Part shown: in pieces, positions 23,369-35,118 of the stretch
Layout: the number at the start of each line of letters is the position of its first letter
How positions within the stretch are numbered: the stretch's first letter is position 1
Source: an uncultured delta proteobacterium
Lineage (GTDB): Bacteria; Desulfobacterota; Desulfuromonadia; Desulfuromonadales; JACZKF01
Assembly (NCBI GenBank): GCA_963816395.1
Contig: CAWFKQ010000016.1
Coordinates: 384,001-448,000 of the forward strand
Direction of reading: 5' to 3'
DNA length: 64,000 bases
Position numbers and translations under genes: made by a program
The notes under the pieces: model-generated
Database searches by the model: none
Told to the model about the DNA's origin: nothing
The model's input: the letters and a program-made list of their open reading frames with translations, nothing else

Positions 23369-23724
23369 TTTCTCTTCGCCAGAAGACGCTTGACCTCGCT
23401 TTTCAGCTCCGAAAGATCGGAGCTTTTGACCACATAAGCGTCGGCCAGCCAGGATGAGAAGTCCTCCTTGTAGCAGCTGAAAGCGGTGCAGAGGATGACC
23501 GGCAGACGGCCCTTTTCATGGACGATCTTCTGCAGAATCTGCAGACCGCTCTCCCCCTTCATCTGAATATCCAGGATGACCAGGTCGAATTCGCGCTCCT
23601 GGAGCAGTCGGGCCGCTTCCGTCCCGGTTCCCGCCGTCTCCACCTGATAGCCCTCGTCTTCCAGTTCGGCGGCATAGAGGTGGCGGATATCGCGTTCGTC
23701 GTCGACGACCAGCAGTCGGGTCAT
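23290..23724 (-). CDS. Single-domain response regulator (true stop possibly near 23367)
   Basis: LLVVDDE, LDIQM, CTA, YVVKS receiver motifs. Confidence 0.9.
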   Translation of the reverse strand: MTRLLVVDDERDIRHLYAAELEDEGYQVETAGTGTEAARLLQEREFDLVILDIQMKGESGLQILQKIVHEKGRLPVILCTAFSCYKEDFSSWLADAYVVKSSDLSELKSEVKRLLAKRNEVSAVEVSGFRSRPESSYSLIRSQL

Positions 23725-23749
23725 GGGGAGTTCTCCCTTCGGGAATGCA

Positions 23750-23854
23750 TTTAACGCAAAGACGCAAAAGGGAAATGAAAGTCGCAAAGGGAAGCGAAAC
23801 CCTGGTTCAACTAACTTTGCGCCTTTGTTTTGATCTTTGCCTCTTTGCGTTAAA
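23750..23854. repeat. ~100-bp palindromic element, CGCAAAG family (copy 2)
   Basis: TTTAACGCAAAGACGCAAA...TTTGCCTCTTTGCGTTAAA. Confidence 0.88.
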
Positions 23855-23873
23855 TTGCCTTTGTTCTAGTTAT

Positions 23874-25535
23874 TTATTCAGCTGTGACAGGTAATTTCAG
23901 GCGTATGATAAACATCGTCCCCTCCCCCTCGGCGCTCTGAATCTCGAAATCGGCCCCATGCCCTTCCAGGATGCGGGCACACAGGGAAAGGCCGAGGCCG
24001 CTTCCCTTCTCCTTGCTGGAGAAGAAGGGGGTGGTGATCTGCCTGATCATCTCCTGGCTCATCCCCGGGCCGTTATCTGCCAGGACGACCTGCAGGCGAT
24101 CGCCGCAGCGCTCGGTACGCACCTCGATCCGGCCCCCCTCGGGCAGCGCTTCCAGGGAGTTGGTAAGAATACTGCGGATGCAGTACGCCATCTTCTTGTA
24201 GTCGATCCGCACCTGCGGCAGGCCGGGGTCGAGGCGCAGCAGGCAATCGACCTTGGCCATCTCCAGGTCATCGTGCAGGCCGGCGTAGACCCCGGTGATC
24301 AAGCTGTTGACATCCCACAGATCAAGGGTCGGATGCAACGATTCCGAATAATTGAGGACCTCCTGCAGGATATCCTCCAGGTGCCGTGCCTCGCGGACGA
24401 TCGATTCGATGTACTGCCGCTTGCCGTCTTCCGGCGGGGTGCTCTTGATCAGGGTGCGGGCGAAACCGCCGATAATGGTCAGCGGATTGCGGATGGAATG
24501 GGCGATGTTGGAGGTGATGCGCCCCACCAGCGCCATTTTTTCCATCCGCAAAATCAAATCCTGCTGTTGCTTCAGCCGGCGGTTCGCCTCGGTTAGCTTG
24601 AACAGTTCCTCCTGCAGCCGCTCATACAGGGTCGCCCGCTCGATGGCGAAGGAGACCGGCAGGGCGAAGGTCTTCAGAGAGTGCAGGTCGGCGGTGGCGA
24701 TCGGCCGGCCATTGATGAAATTATCGGCGAGCAGCAGGCCGATGCGCCGGTTTTTGCTGATCAGCGGCACCAGGAGCATTTCCCGGACCCCGAGGGCCTC
24801 GACCTGCGCCGCATCGATGTCGGGCTCCCGGAAGAGGTCCTGGACGTGCTGCGAGGTCTGGTCGTTCAGGGCGCGCACGAACAGGTGATCGTCGCGGCTC
24901 AGGGGAACCGAAAGGGTTTCCAGCAGGTCGCGGAATTTCTCCCGTTCGGAAGGCATTTTCTGCTCGAAAAAAAGCTGTGCCAGTTCCCGCAGTGTGAAGT
25001 CGTGTTCCTCGATCTCCCGCCAGATCACCGCCGCTTCCTCCCGGCGGCGCGGACCGACGGCGAAATAGCCCTTCAGATTCTGCCGCTCCTTATCGACCAG
25101 GAGGAGAAAAGCCCGGTTCAGGCCGAAACCCTTGCCGGCGGTGACCGCAGTGAGAGCCATGGCGATCACCTCGTCCATATCGACTGACGTCTGCAGGACC
25201 AGGCTGACTTCGTGGAGAAACTTGATCTCCCGGTTGCGGGATTCGATCTGGTTGGTCAGCGACTGCACCTGGACACGCAGGTCCAGCAGCTCCTCCATCA
25301 GATAGGGGAAGAGATCGGCCAGCCCGTCATACCTCCCCCCCATGACCTGCAGATCTTCGAGGAAACGGGGACAATCGAGGCAACGCCGCAGAAATCGCTG
25401 CTTCTGATTGAACAGGAGGTCTTCTTCCCCCTCGCCGATGTAGGGGCATTCGCCAGGAGAGATGTGGTCCTTGTGCCAGCAGCAGGAAAATTCCACGCAG
25501 ACACCGCACGCAGCCGGATGGCCGGAAAAGGTCAA
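23874..25535 (-). CDS. GAF-domain sensor histidine kinase with Cys-rich N-terminus
   Basis: AHSIRNPL H-box, ILTNS, DNGPG, PFFSSK, GSGLGL; no transmembrane helix evident; start uncertain. Confidence 0.9.
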   Translation of the reverse strand: MTFSGHPAACGVCVEFSCCWHKDHISPGECPYIGEGEEDLLFNQKQRFLRRCLDCPRFLEDLQVMGGRYDGLADLFPYLMEELLDLRVQVQSLTNQIESRNREIKFLHEVSLVLQTSVDMDEVIAMALTAVTAGKGFGLNRAFLLLVDKERQNLKGYFAVGPRRREEAAVIWREIEEHDFTLRELAQLFFEQKMPSEREKFRDLLETLSVPLSRDDHLFVRALNDQTSQHVQDLFREPDIDAAQVEALGVREMLLVPLISKNRRIGLLLADNFINGRPIATADLHSLKTFALPVSFAIERATLYERLQEELFKLTEANRRLKQQQDLILRMEKMALVGRITSNIAHSIRNPLTIIGGFARTLIKSTPPEDGKRQYIESIVREARHLEDILQEVLNYSESLHPTLDLWDVNSLITGVYAGLHDDLEMAKVDCLLRLDPGLPQVRIDYKKMAYCIRSILTNSLEALPEGGRIEVRTERCGDRLQVVLADNGPGMSQEMIRQITTPFFSSKEKGSGLGLSLCARILEGHGADFEIQSAEGEGTMFIIRLKLPVTAE

Positions 25536-25620
25536 CGCAGGAAGTATAGCAGCGCCGACCGGTTAATGCAACGTAGATTCGTTAAAATTAATGAAGATAT
25601 GGCTGAGGAGGAAGGGGCTT

Positions 25621-25702
25621 CGACGCAAAGGCGCGACGCAGGCAAAAATCCAGGAATATTTGTTTTGATTAAAGTCTCCGCGCCTCTGCGCCTCCGCCTT
25701 AA
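25621..25702. repeat. Degenerate palindromic element, CGCAAAG/CGCAGAG family (copy 3)
   Basis: ACGCAAAGGCGCGACGCAG...CTCCGCGCCTCTGCGCCTCCGC. Confidence 0.55.
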
Positions 25703-25755
25703 TATGAGGGTTTTCCCCCTTGCCGGGGAGCGGCGACGGATGGCATAGTGCCGCC

Positions 25756-26701
25756 ATGGGCGAAAAACGCTACCAGCTTTTTTCCGAGCATCTGAAGCAG
25801 CGGTTCGGCGGCCGGGTGCACAAGATTTCCGTCGATGCCGGTTTCTCCTGTCCCAACCGGGGCGGCACCCGACGCCTGCCCGGCTGCCTGTTCTGCGACC
25901 CCGGCGGCTCGGGGGCGGTGGGGATCGACCGTGGAATGCCGCTGGCCGATCAGCTCGAACAGGGCAAGGAGGTGATGGTCCGCAAGTACAAGGCCCAGCA
26001 TTTCCTCGCCTATTTTCAGCCCTTCTCGAATACCTTCGGACCCCCTGAACGACCTGCGCCGCCTGTACGGGGAGGCGCTGGCGGTTCCCGGCATGGTCGG
26101 GCTGGCGGTCGGTACCCGCCCCGACTGCCTGCCGCCGGAGGTCCTCGACCTGCTGGCCGAATTTCACCGGCGCACCTATTTCTGGCTGGAACTGGGGCTG
26201 CAGAGCGTGCATGACGCCACCCTGAACTTTCTGCGCCGCGGCCACGATTACGCCGCTTTCCTGCGCGCTCATGCGGCCGCCAGGGAACGCGGTCTGCGGG
26301 TGTGCGCCCACGTGATCCTCGGACTGCCCGGCGAGAGCCGGGAACAGATGCTGGCGACGGCGGCGGAAATGGCCCGCCTGCGGCTGGACGGGATCAAGAT
26401 CCATCTGCTGCACGTGCTGCGCGGCACGCCTCTGGGGGATCTTTATCAGGAGGGGGGAATCCGGGTTCTGGAGCAGGAAGAATACGTCGGGCTCGCCGCC
26501 GACTTCCTCGAGCGCCTGCACCCGGAGACCCTGATCCACCGGCTCACCGGCGACGGGCCGCGGGATTTGCTGCTGGCGCCGCTCTGGTCCTTGAACAAAT
26601 GGGAGGTGCTCAACGCCATCGATGCCGAGCTGGCGCGGCGCGGGACGAGGCAGGGGGATGGGCAAGTGGCAGGCGGCTTGAGGCAAGAGGCTAGCGGCTA
26701 G
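25756..26701 (+). CDS. Radical SAM protein, YhcC/TIGR01212-like (frameshift near 26045)
   Basis: DAGFSCPNR..GCLFC, AYFQPFSNT, GTRPDC, ELGLQS, HRLTGD. Confidence 0.9.
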
Positions 26702-26812
26702 CGGGAAGAGGCAAGAGCAAAGGCAGAGGAGATGAGTGAGGAGGCTGAAGGCTGGAGGCTGGAGGTGGAGGTTGAAAGGCTGAGCTGGAGGCTGGAAGCT
26801 GAGGCTGCAGGA
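26661..26812 (+). repeat. Heptamer tandem array (GAGGCTR-like)
   Basis: GAGGCAA GAGGCTA GCGGCTA ... GAGGCTG AAGGCTG GAGGCTG; same family as 20623-20714. Confidence 0.7.
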
Positions 26813-26910
26813 GTGAAGGGGCAGGCGGATGCCATGCAGGCATCGGCAGGGATGCGGGGAGGGCGGGGTCTCGGGCCGCCAGTGGCTGGCGCTGGACGAC
26901 TGCCCTGCCG

Positions 26911-27036
26911 CTAGCCGGCGCTCTGCTCCACCACCGGGACGACGGCGGACTGCGCGGCGTTTTCGGCCCCACCCCAGGAGATGAGCAGAAGAGACGCCCA
27001 GACGATGCCTACAAGTAAGACGATGATCCTGAACAT
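26911..27036 (-). CDS. Small hypothetical membrane or secreted peptide
   Basis: MFRIIVLLVGIVWASLLLISWGG hydrophobic N-terminus, 41 aa. Confidence 0.4.
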   Translation of the reverse strand: MFRIIVLLVGIVWASLLLISWGGAENAAQSAVVPVVEQSAG

Positions 27037-27159
27037 GGGCGGAAAGATATCTAAATCACTGGCCAAAATCAATAAGTCATTTTTCTCTTCGGCCTGACAA
27101 TTTTTGTAACTTGCCGATCTGTCTTCCCCCGTGGTATGAAGCTGCCTGCCCGAAGACAA

Positions 27160-27246
27160 GGGAGATAGGAAGTAGGGAGATAGGGAGGTAGAAAACCCTG
27201 TCCCGCCACTTGCAAGCGCCTTGTTTCTATTCCCGATCTCCCTATC
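27160..27246. repeat. Octamer-array palindrome (TAGGGAGA family)
   Basis: GGGAGATAGGAAGTAGGGAGATAGGGAGGTAG...CTATTCCCGATCTCCCTATC. Confidence 0.75.
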
Positions 27247-27260
27247 GAACTGAATTTGCA

Positions 27261-29295
27261 ATGGATCTGACTGCTCTCAACAAGGAACAACAGGCCGCCG
27301 TGCGCCACACCGAGGGGCCGCTGCTGCTGCTGGCCGGCGCCGGCTCCGGCAAGACGCGGGTCATCACCAGCCGCATCGCCTACCTGCTGCGGGAGAAGGG
27401 GGTGCCGCGGAGCAGCTGGTGGCGGTGACCTTCACCAACAAGGCCGCCCGGGAAATGCAGGAGCGGGTGGCAGGAGCTGGTCGGCCGGCGGGCTGCCCGG
27501 GGCATGATCATTTCCACCTTCCACTCGCTGGGGGTGCGCATCCTGCGCGAGGATATCGAGCGGCTCGGCTACAAGAAGAACTTCTCCATCTACGCCACGG
27601 CGGACCAGGTGCGGCTGATCCGCGATCTGGTCCAGGACGCCGCCACCGGCCGCAAGTTCGACGCCGAGCGCCTGCTCTGGCTGATCTCCGCCGCCAAGAA
27701 CGCCCTCATCGGTCCCGAAGCCTTCGTCGCCCGTTCCCGGGACGACTACGAGCTGATGGCGGCGGCCGTCTATCCGCGCTACCAGAAGGCGCTCAAGGCC
27801 TTCAACGCGGTCGATTTCGACGATATCCTGCTGCTCACCATCCGTCTGCTGGAGGGCGCATCCCGAGGTGCTGGCCCGCTATCAGGAGCGCTTCCGCTAC
27901 CTGATGGTGGACGAATACCAGGACACCAACGCCGCCCAGTATCGCCTGCTGCGCCTGCTCAGCGCCCGCCACGGCAATCTCTGCGTGGTCGGCGACGATG
28001 ACCAGTCGATCTACGGCTGGCGCGGCGCCGATGTCGGCAACATCCTCGATTTCGAGAAGGATTTCCCCGGCGCCAAGGTAATCAAGCTGGAGCAGAACTA
28101 CCGCTCCACCGGCAACATCCTGGCGGCCGCCAACGCCGTCATCAGCCACAACCGCCAGCGCAAGGAAAAGGCGCTGTGGACCGCCGGCGGCGCCGGCGCG
28201 CGCATCGATTGCGTGCGCTGCGCCGACGAGGAGGAAGAGGCGCGGATGGTGGTCGAGCGCATTCACGCCGAGCGTTTCAAGCACCAGCTCGAGTACCGCG
28301 ATTTCGCCATTCTCTATCGCACCAACGTCCAGTCGCGCGCCTTCGAGGAGCAGCTGCGCTTCGAGAATATCCCCTACGTACTGATCGGCGGCCAGCAGTT
28401 CTTCGATCGCAAGGAGGTCAAGGACGCCTTGGCCTACCTGCGGGTGCTGGTCAACTCCCGCGACGAGGTGAACCTGCTGCGCATCCTCAACTACCCGAAG
28501 CGCGGCATCGGCGAAACGACCGCCGACCGGCTGATCCGCGCCTCGGCCGGGCAGGACCGGCCTCTGTGGGAGGTGCTGCGCGAGCCGAGCGGGCTGGAGG
28601 ACCTGGGCGAGCGGACGCGGGAGGCGATCGCCGGTTTCGTCGCCCTGCTGGAGAAGTATCGCCAGCGTTTCCGGCGGCTGCGATTGAGCGAGACGGTCCG
28701 GGAATTCTTTGCCGAACTGGCGCTGGAGGAGGAACTCTATCGCGCGGCCGATGACCCGAAAAAGGCCAAGCGGCGGGTGGAGAATCTGGCGGAAGTGATC
28801 AACGCCATGGCTTCCTACGAGGAACGCGAGGCGCGCCCGAGCCTCGGCGGTTTTCTGGAGAAGGTCTCCCTGCTCGACCAGGATCAGCCGGGGCGCGGCG
28901 GCAAGGAGGAGAAGCTGGCGCGCGATGCGGTCATCCTGATGAGCCTGCACTCCAGCAAGGGGCTGGAATTCCCCCACGTCTTCCTGGTCGGGATGGAGGA
29001 GGATTATCTGCCGCACCGCAAGTCGGAGAGCGAGATCGGCGATGTCGACGAAGAGCGCCGGCTCTGCTATGTCGGGATCACCCGCGCCCGCCGGCACCTG
29101 ACCCTGCTCAACGCCGCCCGGCGGAAGAAATACGGCACCCTGCAGCCGCGCGAGCCGAGCCGCTTCCTCCAGGAGATCCCCGGCGAGCTGCTGCACGCGC
29201 AGACCGCCGGCGGCCCGCCGGCCGCCGAAGGGGAACAGCAGGAGCAGCTTGCCACCTCTTTCTTCTCCGGCATCAAGGCGTTGCTGAAGGATTAA
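27261..29295 (+). CDS. SF1 DNA helicase, Rep/UvrD/PcrA family (frameshifted)
   Basis: [58 protein letters not shown]. Confidence 0.93.
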
Positions 29296-29490
29296 CCCAC
29301 CGACGGGAAGCCTTTCGTCCTTTCGCGGCCCTCCACTGTCTTTTCACGGAAACCGGAACCCTGAAGCCGAGGGCTCCCTTGCTCCTCCCTCCCAGAGTAT
29401 CCAGACTTCCCAGCGATTTCTGAAGCTTGCCAGCGGCAAGAGGTCGCATCGGCAAATTGGCCCGATGCATGCTTATAGAGGGCATAGTGA

Positions 29491-29527
29491 AAACTGCCAC
29501 CGTTCAATCGGTCGGCGGTTTCTTTTT
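29491..29527 (+). terminator. Probable intrinsic terminator downstream of the helicase
   Basis: ACTGCCACCG-ttcaat-CGGTCGGCGGT followed by TTCTTTTT. Confidence 0.5.
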
Positions 29528-29585
29528 CCTTTAAATACTTTAATAAAAAACTGTTCGATTTTATCCCTACATTGGCGAGAATTTA

Positions 29586-29615
29586 TTGACACTTCGTATT
29601 TTCATGCGGTATGTT
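29586..29615 (+). promoter_or_regulatory. Putative sigma70 promoter of cytochrome 1
   Basis: TTGACA-18 bp-TATGTT in an AT-rich region. Confidence 0.5.
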
Positions 29616-29932
29616 TCCAGTTGTAAAACATATAATTATACATTTCTAATGTCAATTTAAAGCTGTTTTAAAGAGAATCTATATCAAATGAGATCTTGAA
29701 CAGGATTCAACTCGCACTTCACCTTCCCATCGTGAAAAAAAGAAAGTGGGAATGACCAGATTTCGGTTTCGGCTGCCGATGTTGAAACGAAGACCAAGTA
29801 AACGGAGGGAAGAAAAATCGGGAGGGATTAGAAGCGATCGGAATCATCTGTGAACGGAATAGGAGCAATTTACTGATTTAATGCCATCCGTGGTGGATGG
29901 CGCAATCACACCGAGAAAGAGGAGTAAAAAGG

Positions 29933-32093
29933 ATGAAGAGGTCAAGAATTTGGCTGTTGGTAGCCCTCTTGACGCTGGCGGTCGGTTTCTACGGCTGCAG
30001 CGGCGATGATGGGTCGAACGGCGCGCCCGGCGCAACCGGTGCCCAGGGTGATCAGGGCCCGGCCGGCCCTGTGACCACCACGAATGAGTCCTGCAATATC
30101 TGCCACGGTGACCTGAAGCCCTTCAACGTCACCAACTTTGCGGCGCACGATTCCGCTCCCTACACCCCGAACTACACGGTCGCGGTTGACGATGTGCAAT
30201 TCATCGACACCAACGCCGACAGCCTGGCCAACGAGGGTCTGACCGTCACCTTTACCGTCACGGACGGCAACGGCGCCCCGGTCGATCTGGCCACCGACGT
30301 TGTCCCTGCCGTGACCAGCGTCAGCCTCAACCTGTCGAAGCTGGTCCAGAGCGGCACCTCCACGGTTTACAACTGGCAGAATTACTACAACACCTCGGCG
30401 ACCGGTGCGACCACAATCGGCGGAGAAGCCTTCATTCCGGCTCTGGCTTCCGCCATCCAGGCCGGCAGCGCAAAATGTACTCCGGCGGCCACCGCTACCC
30501 CCGGCCAGTATACCTGCTCGGTCGATTCCGACTTCACCAACGTGACCACGCCGCTGGCCGTTCCCTTCGATGGCAGCCTGACCCACCGCGTCGCGGTCTT
30601 CTTCGGCTCCCACCTCGACGCCGGCTACCCGGGAACGGCTATGCCGACTTCGTCCCGGCTACCCTCCTCGGCGGCGGCACCCTTGCCGCGGCTGAGACCG
30701 CGGTCGTGAACGACCGGCTCGTCGCCACCACCGCCTCCTGCAACGCTTGCCATGGCAAGCTTTCCGGCCACGGCGGCGACCGGGTGAACGTCGAGATCTG
30801 TGTGACCTGCCACAACCCGGGCACCACCGATCCCGAAAGCGGCAATGTGGTTGACATGTCGCTGATGATCCACAAACTCCATGCCGGCGAGAAACTGGCC
30901 GAGATCAACCCGGGCCTCACCGACGCTCAGCTCGACTACACCATTTACGGCCACAGCAACGCCAAGCACAACTATAACGAACTGGGCTTCCCCGGCAACC
31001 TCCAGAACTGTCAGAAGTGCCACACCACTACAGCCGACGGTGGGGAAGGTGCGCCGACCCTCAATGGCGACGCTTGGAAAACGGCTCCCAACCGCAAGGC
31101 CTGCGGCAGCTGCCACATCGTCTCCTTCGCCGCCGCCGACACCTCCAAGCCTCTCCACCGCGGTGGTGAGCAGCTGACTGATAATGGCTGCACCTTCTGT
31201 CACCCGGCCAGCGGCGCGATCAGCCCGCCGTCGAGCTACCCGGTCGCCGCGGTTCACGCCATCGCCGCGCCCGCGAACACGGCGGAGCTCACCACCTCGG
31301 CCGTTCCGGCTGACGGCTACTTCGCCGAAGGCGACACCGTCACCTTCAACCTGGCGGTCAAAGGCGCCAGCGATAACGTTATCGATGTTACCGATGCTGC
31401 TGCCTTCAATGCATTTCGGACGCGTCTCTACCTGTACGGCCCGCGTGATGACGTCCATCTGGTGCTGATGGGCGGTGAAGAGCAGATCGACCTCACCGGC
31501 ACCGATGCCGGTGTGACCCGGGATGCCGACGGCTAATGACCAGGCCACCATCCCGACTGGCATGAAGCCGGGGACCTATCTTGCCTACGCCTATGTCACC
31601 TACTATGCTGATCCTGCTGACACGACCAGTGCCAGAGAGTCCTCCTACCAGCTCATTACCTTCCAGGTGGGAACCGACACTCAGCAGGACCAGGTGGCCG
31701 GAACGGGCTGCGGCAGCTGCCATGACAACGGTTCGGTCGCTCACAATAACGCACTGCTGGAGACGACCGGCAACGACGTTGCCTGGCCTGCCACAACGGC
31801 GAGCACACTTTCCCGATTTCCAACCGGGTGCATGCCGCTCATGCCGCCAATCCCTATGGCGACCTGTATCAGCTCTCTTCCAGCACCGCATCCGGCTACC
31901 GAGAGCCGCTCAACTCGGGCCGCGACTGGTCCGATATCGAGTACCCGCGGGCGGTCACGCATTGCCAGACCTGCCACACTACTCCCAATACCAGCTACCT
32001 GGAGAAAGCCTCCACGGCTCCCTGCCCGGTTGCCATGGCGGTCCTGACAATGGCGTGATTGACCACATGCGCCAGAACGGTAGTCCCTACTAA
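29933..32093 (+). CDS. MtrC/OmcA-family decaheme c-type cytochrome lipoprotein 1 (frameshifted)
   Basis: Lipobox FYGC, Gly-X-Y stretch, WQNY and THRVA motifs; CNICH, CNACH, CVTCH, CQKCH, CGSCH, CTFCH, CGSCH, CLACH, CQTCH and CxGCH (the last needs an indel repair). Confidence 0.88.
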
Positions 32094-32143
32094 GGCTCTA
32101 CCGTTTTTTTCCGATTTATCAATCTTCATTTAATGCTCAGCTC

Positions 32144-32174
32144 GCCCCGCTTCTTCCGAAGCGGGGCTTCTTTC
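32144..32174 (+). terminator. Intrinsic terminator
   Basis: GCCCCGCTTC-ttcc-GAAGCGGGGC-TTCTTT. Confidence 0.8.
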
Positions 32175-32712
32175 GTGGGAATCAGGAAATTCACCGAGAG
32201 GCCCTTTGCGGTCCCGCTGCCATACTGCCCATAAAAGACATCTCATGAGATTCGCCTCCTTGGTTGAGGCTGGATTTCTCCGTGCGCTTCGGTCGGCAGA
32301 ACTGCCCGCGTGCCTGGCTCACGCCCCTGCCGTATCTGACTTTTGACCTGCCACAAGGCCGCATTGTCTTGGCCCCTGTTCTCTCGCGGACTTCTCTTGC
32401 TTACGGAATTTGCACTATTCAGCGGCGCCCGAATAGCGGGCGAGGGACGATGACGGCATCGGAAATTTTTCCTTTGACGTAGGGAAATGACTGACATGGT
32501 TGGCGATACGGCGGGCATTGAGTCGCAGCGTCGGAAAGATGGGAGTCGAAAGAGGAAGTTATGTTGCCTCAAGAAACTTTCTATTTTGGTCGGAGATCCT
32601 TTTGTGTTTTTTCGAAAAATCAAGAAATTTCACCTGGATGGGTGACGTTCAAAATTATCCGCAAGCATTAAACATCCTCTAACAATTCGAAATTTCTCCT
32701 GAATTTCTCATT

Positions 32713-32731
32713 TTGGTCTGATAGCTGCAAT
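32713..32731 (+). promoter_or_regulatory. Putative sigma54 (-24/-12) promoter of cytochrome 2
   Basis: TTGGTCTGATAGCTGCAAT with GG-N10-GC spacing. Confidence 0.55.
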
Positions 32732-32882
32732 CCTTAGGCAAAGCCTTTTAACAGGGGAGTGCAGTCGAAAAAATAATCGAAGGCGACCTGCGGCAGAAAA
32801 AATACTCTAGGGAAGCAGGAGGTTGGAGGAGCCCCATGTGGGGCTGGATGGCAAGTATTCATCATCAAAAAGGAGAAGAGGG

Positions 32883-35041
32883 ATGAGAAAGTTGAAAGTT
32901 TTGCACAAGCTGCTGTTTGTTGCAGCCTTGATCCTCTCGCTGGCCATGTTTGGCTGCAGTGGGGATGACGGGTCGAATGGAGCGCCCGGCGCCACCGGCT
33001 CCCAGGGTGAGCAAGGAGATCCCGGGCCGGTGACCACTACCAGTGAGTCATGTGCGGTTTGCCATGGTAGTGGGAAAGTGGCCCAGGTCGCCGATTTCCA
33101 TGATGTGGACGCCTATACGGCCAACAACAAGATCACCGTTACGGATGTCGTGATCACTCCGGGCACCGGCATGGATGTCTCCTTCACGGTGGCCGATAGC
33201 GCCGGAACCCCATCGCCCTCACCGCGGAACAAGAGCATGTCAGCGTCAACTTGTCCAAGCTGGTGCAGGAAGTGGACACCGTCGACGGAAATCCCGTTCT
33301 CACCAACGTGTTCACCTGGCGGAACTACATCAACCGGACGGAGACCGCTACCGCCACTGCCGGCCCCAACGGCCAGGCGGTGCTGGCTTCGGCCATTCAG
33401 GGCACGACCCAGGCGTGCGACACTCTGACTGCTGGGGTAAACACCGGCGAGTACACCTGCACGATCAACACCGATGTGACCAACATCACCACCCCGGCGG
33501 CGGTCGCCTGGGAGCCGACCCTGACTCACCGGGTGGCGGTCCTTTTTGGCTCTCACCTGCCGGCCGGGCAATACCCGGGCAACGGATGGGCCGATTTCAT
33601 CCCGGCCGATCTGGGTAGCGGCTTTGCCGCGGCTAAGTCGGCAGTCGTGAACACCCGCGACATCGCCACGGTAGATTCCTGCAACGAGTGCCACGGCAAA
33701 CTCTCCGGCCATGGCGGCGACCGCGTTACCGTCGCCATCTGCGTGACCTGCCACAACCCCGGCACCACCGACGCCAACAGCGGCAACGTGGTCGATCTGC
33801 CGACCATGATTCACAAAATCCATGCCGGCGAGCACCTGACCCAGGAGTACACCATCTGGGGTTATCGTGACACGGCCCATAGCTACAACGAAGTGACCTT
33901 CCCTGGGGACCTCAAGAACTGCGCGAAGTGCCATACCAGCGAAGATACGGCCACTCCGGACGGCGACGCCTGGAAAACGGTCCCCACCATCGCCGCCTGC
34001 GGCGCCTGCCATGACGACGTTAACTTCGCTACCGGTGCCAACCATCCGGGCGGCATCCAGGCCGATAACGCGGCTTGCAAATTCTGCCACGCCCCGGCAG
34101 CCATCGCCGGTTATCACGACACCACCCTCACCGGCAAGGACGCTGCTGAATTCCAGGTGAACATCAGCATGACTCCGCCCGCCAACGGCACCAACTATGT
34201 GGCCGGCGAGGCCCCGGTGGTGACCGTGACGCTGAAGGACGCGGCCGGTGCCGACGTCGACCCGACCGTCTACACTGCCGCTAAGGATGCCAAAGGGGTC
34301 AGCGGTGGCGGCCTGTCTGCTGCCAGCCTGTACGTCTACGGTCCCCGCGCCAAAGCCAAGCCGGTTTTGACCACCGGCTCGAGCACCGATCCGAACCTGG
34401 CCGCCGACGCCGAGCCGACCCAGGGTCACAACCTGCTGATCCCCTCCACGGATCCCCTGGTCAGCGCCGATGCGAACGGCTTCCATTATCAGCTGCAGGC
34501 CATTCCTGCCGACCTGCCCGCGGGGACCTACATGGTCCGGTTTGAAGGCGCCGACTACGGCGGGGTCAGCAACGACGATTACGTGACCAGCTCGGTTGCG
34601 CTGATCAATTTCCAAGTGGGGACTGCCACGCCCGAGAAGAAGGTTGCCGGCGACGGCTGTTTGAACTGCCACGGCGACAACCGTATGCACCTGGCCGGCG
34701 CGCATGCGCATAACATTCCGTTCGATACCGATTACTGCCTGGCCTGCCATGATCAGTCGAACAACCATGGCGTGCCCATCGCCAACCGGGTGCATGCCGT
34801 CCATGCCGCGAATTCCGATGGCGACCTGTATGGCCCTCTCTACACCTATGAAGCCAGCCCGGGCCCCCGTGACTGGTCGGATATCACTTACCCGCAGAAT
34901 GTTCAGCACTGCCAGACCTGCCACAACTCGGGTAACTCTTCCTACACGACCAAGCCGTACGAGGCGCCCTGCGCCGGCTGCCATATCCAGGCAGGCAACG
35001 GAGTACTCGACCATATGCAGCAGAATGGTGCTCCGTACTAA
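32883..35041 (+). CDS. MtrC/OmcA-family decaheme c-type cytochrome lipoprotein 2 (frameshift near 33215)
   Basis: Lipobox MFGC; CAVCH, CNECH, CVTCH, CAKCH, CGACH, CKFCH, CLNCH, CLACH, CQTCH, CAGCH; clear paralog of cytochrome 1. Confidence 0.9.
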
Positions 35042-35086
35042 CCCGGTGTAACCCTTTACCGACTTATACAAGTTCGGATGTAATCA

Positions 35087-35118
35087 CGAGCGGGCTGAAA
35101 AGCCCGCTCGCTTTTTTT
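35087..35118 (+). terminator. Intrinsic terminator
   Basis: CGAGCGGGCT-gaaa-AGCCCGCTCG-CTTTTTTT. Confidence 0.85.
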
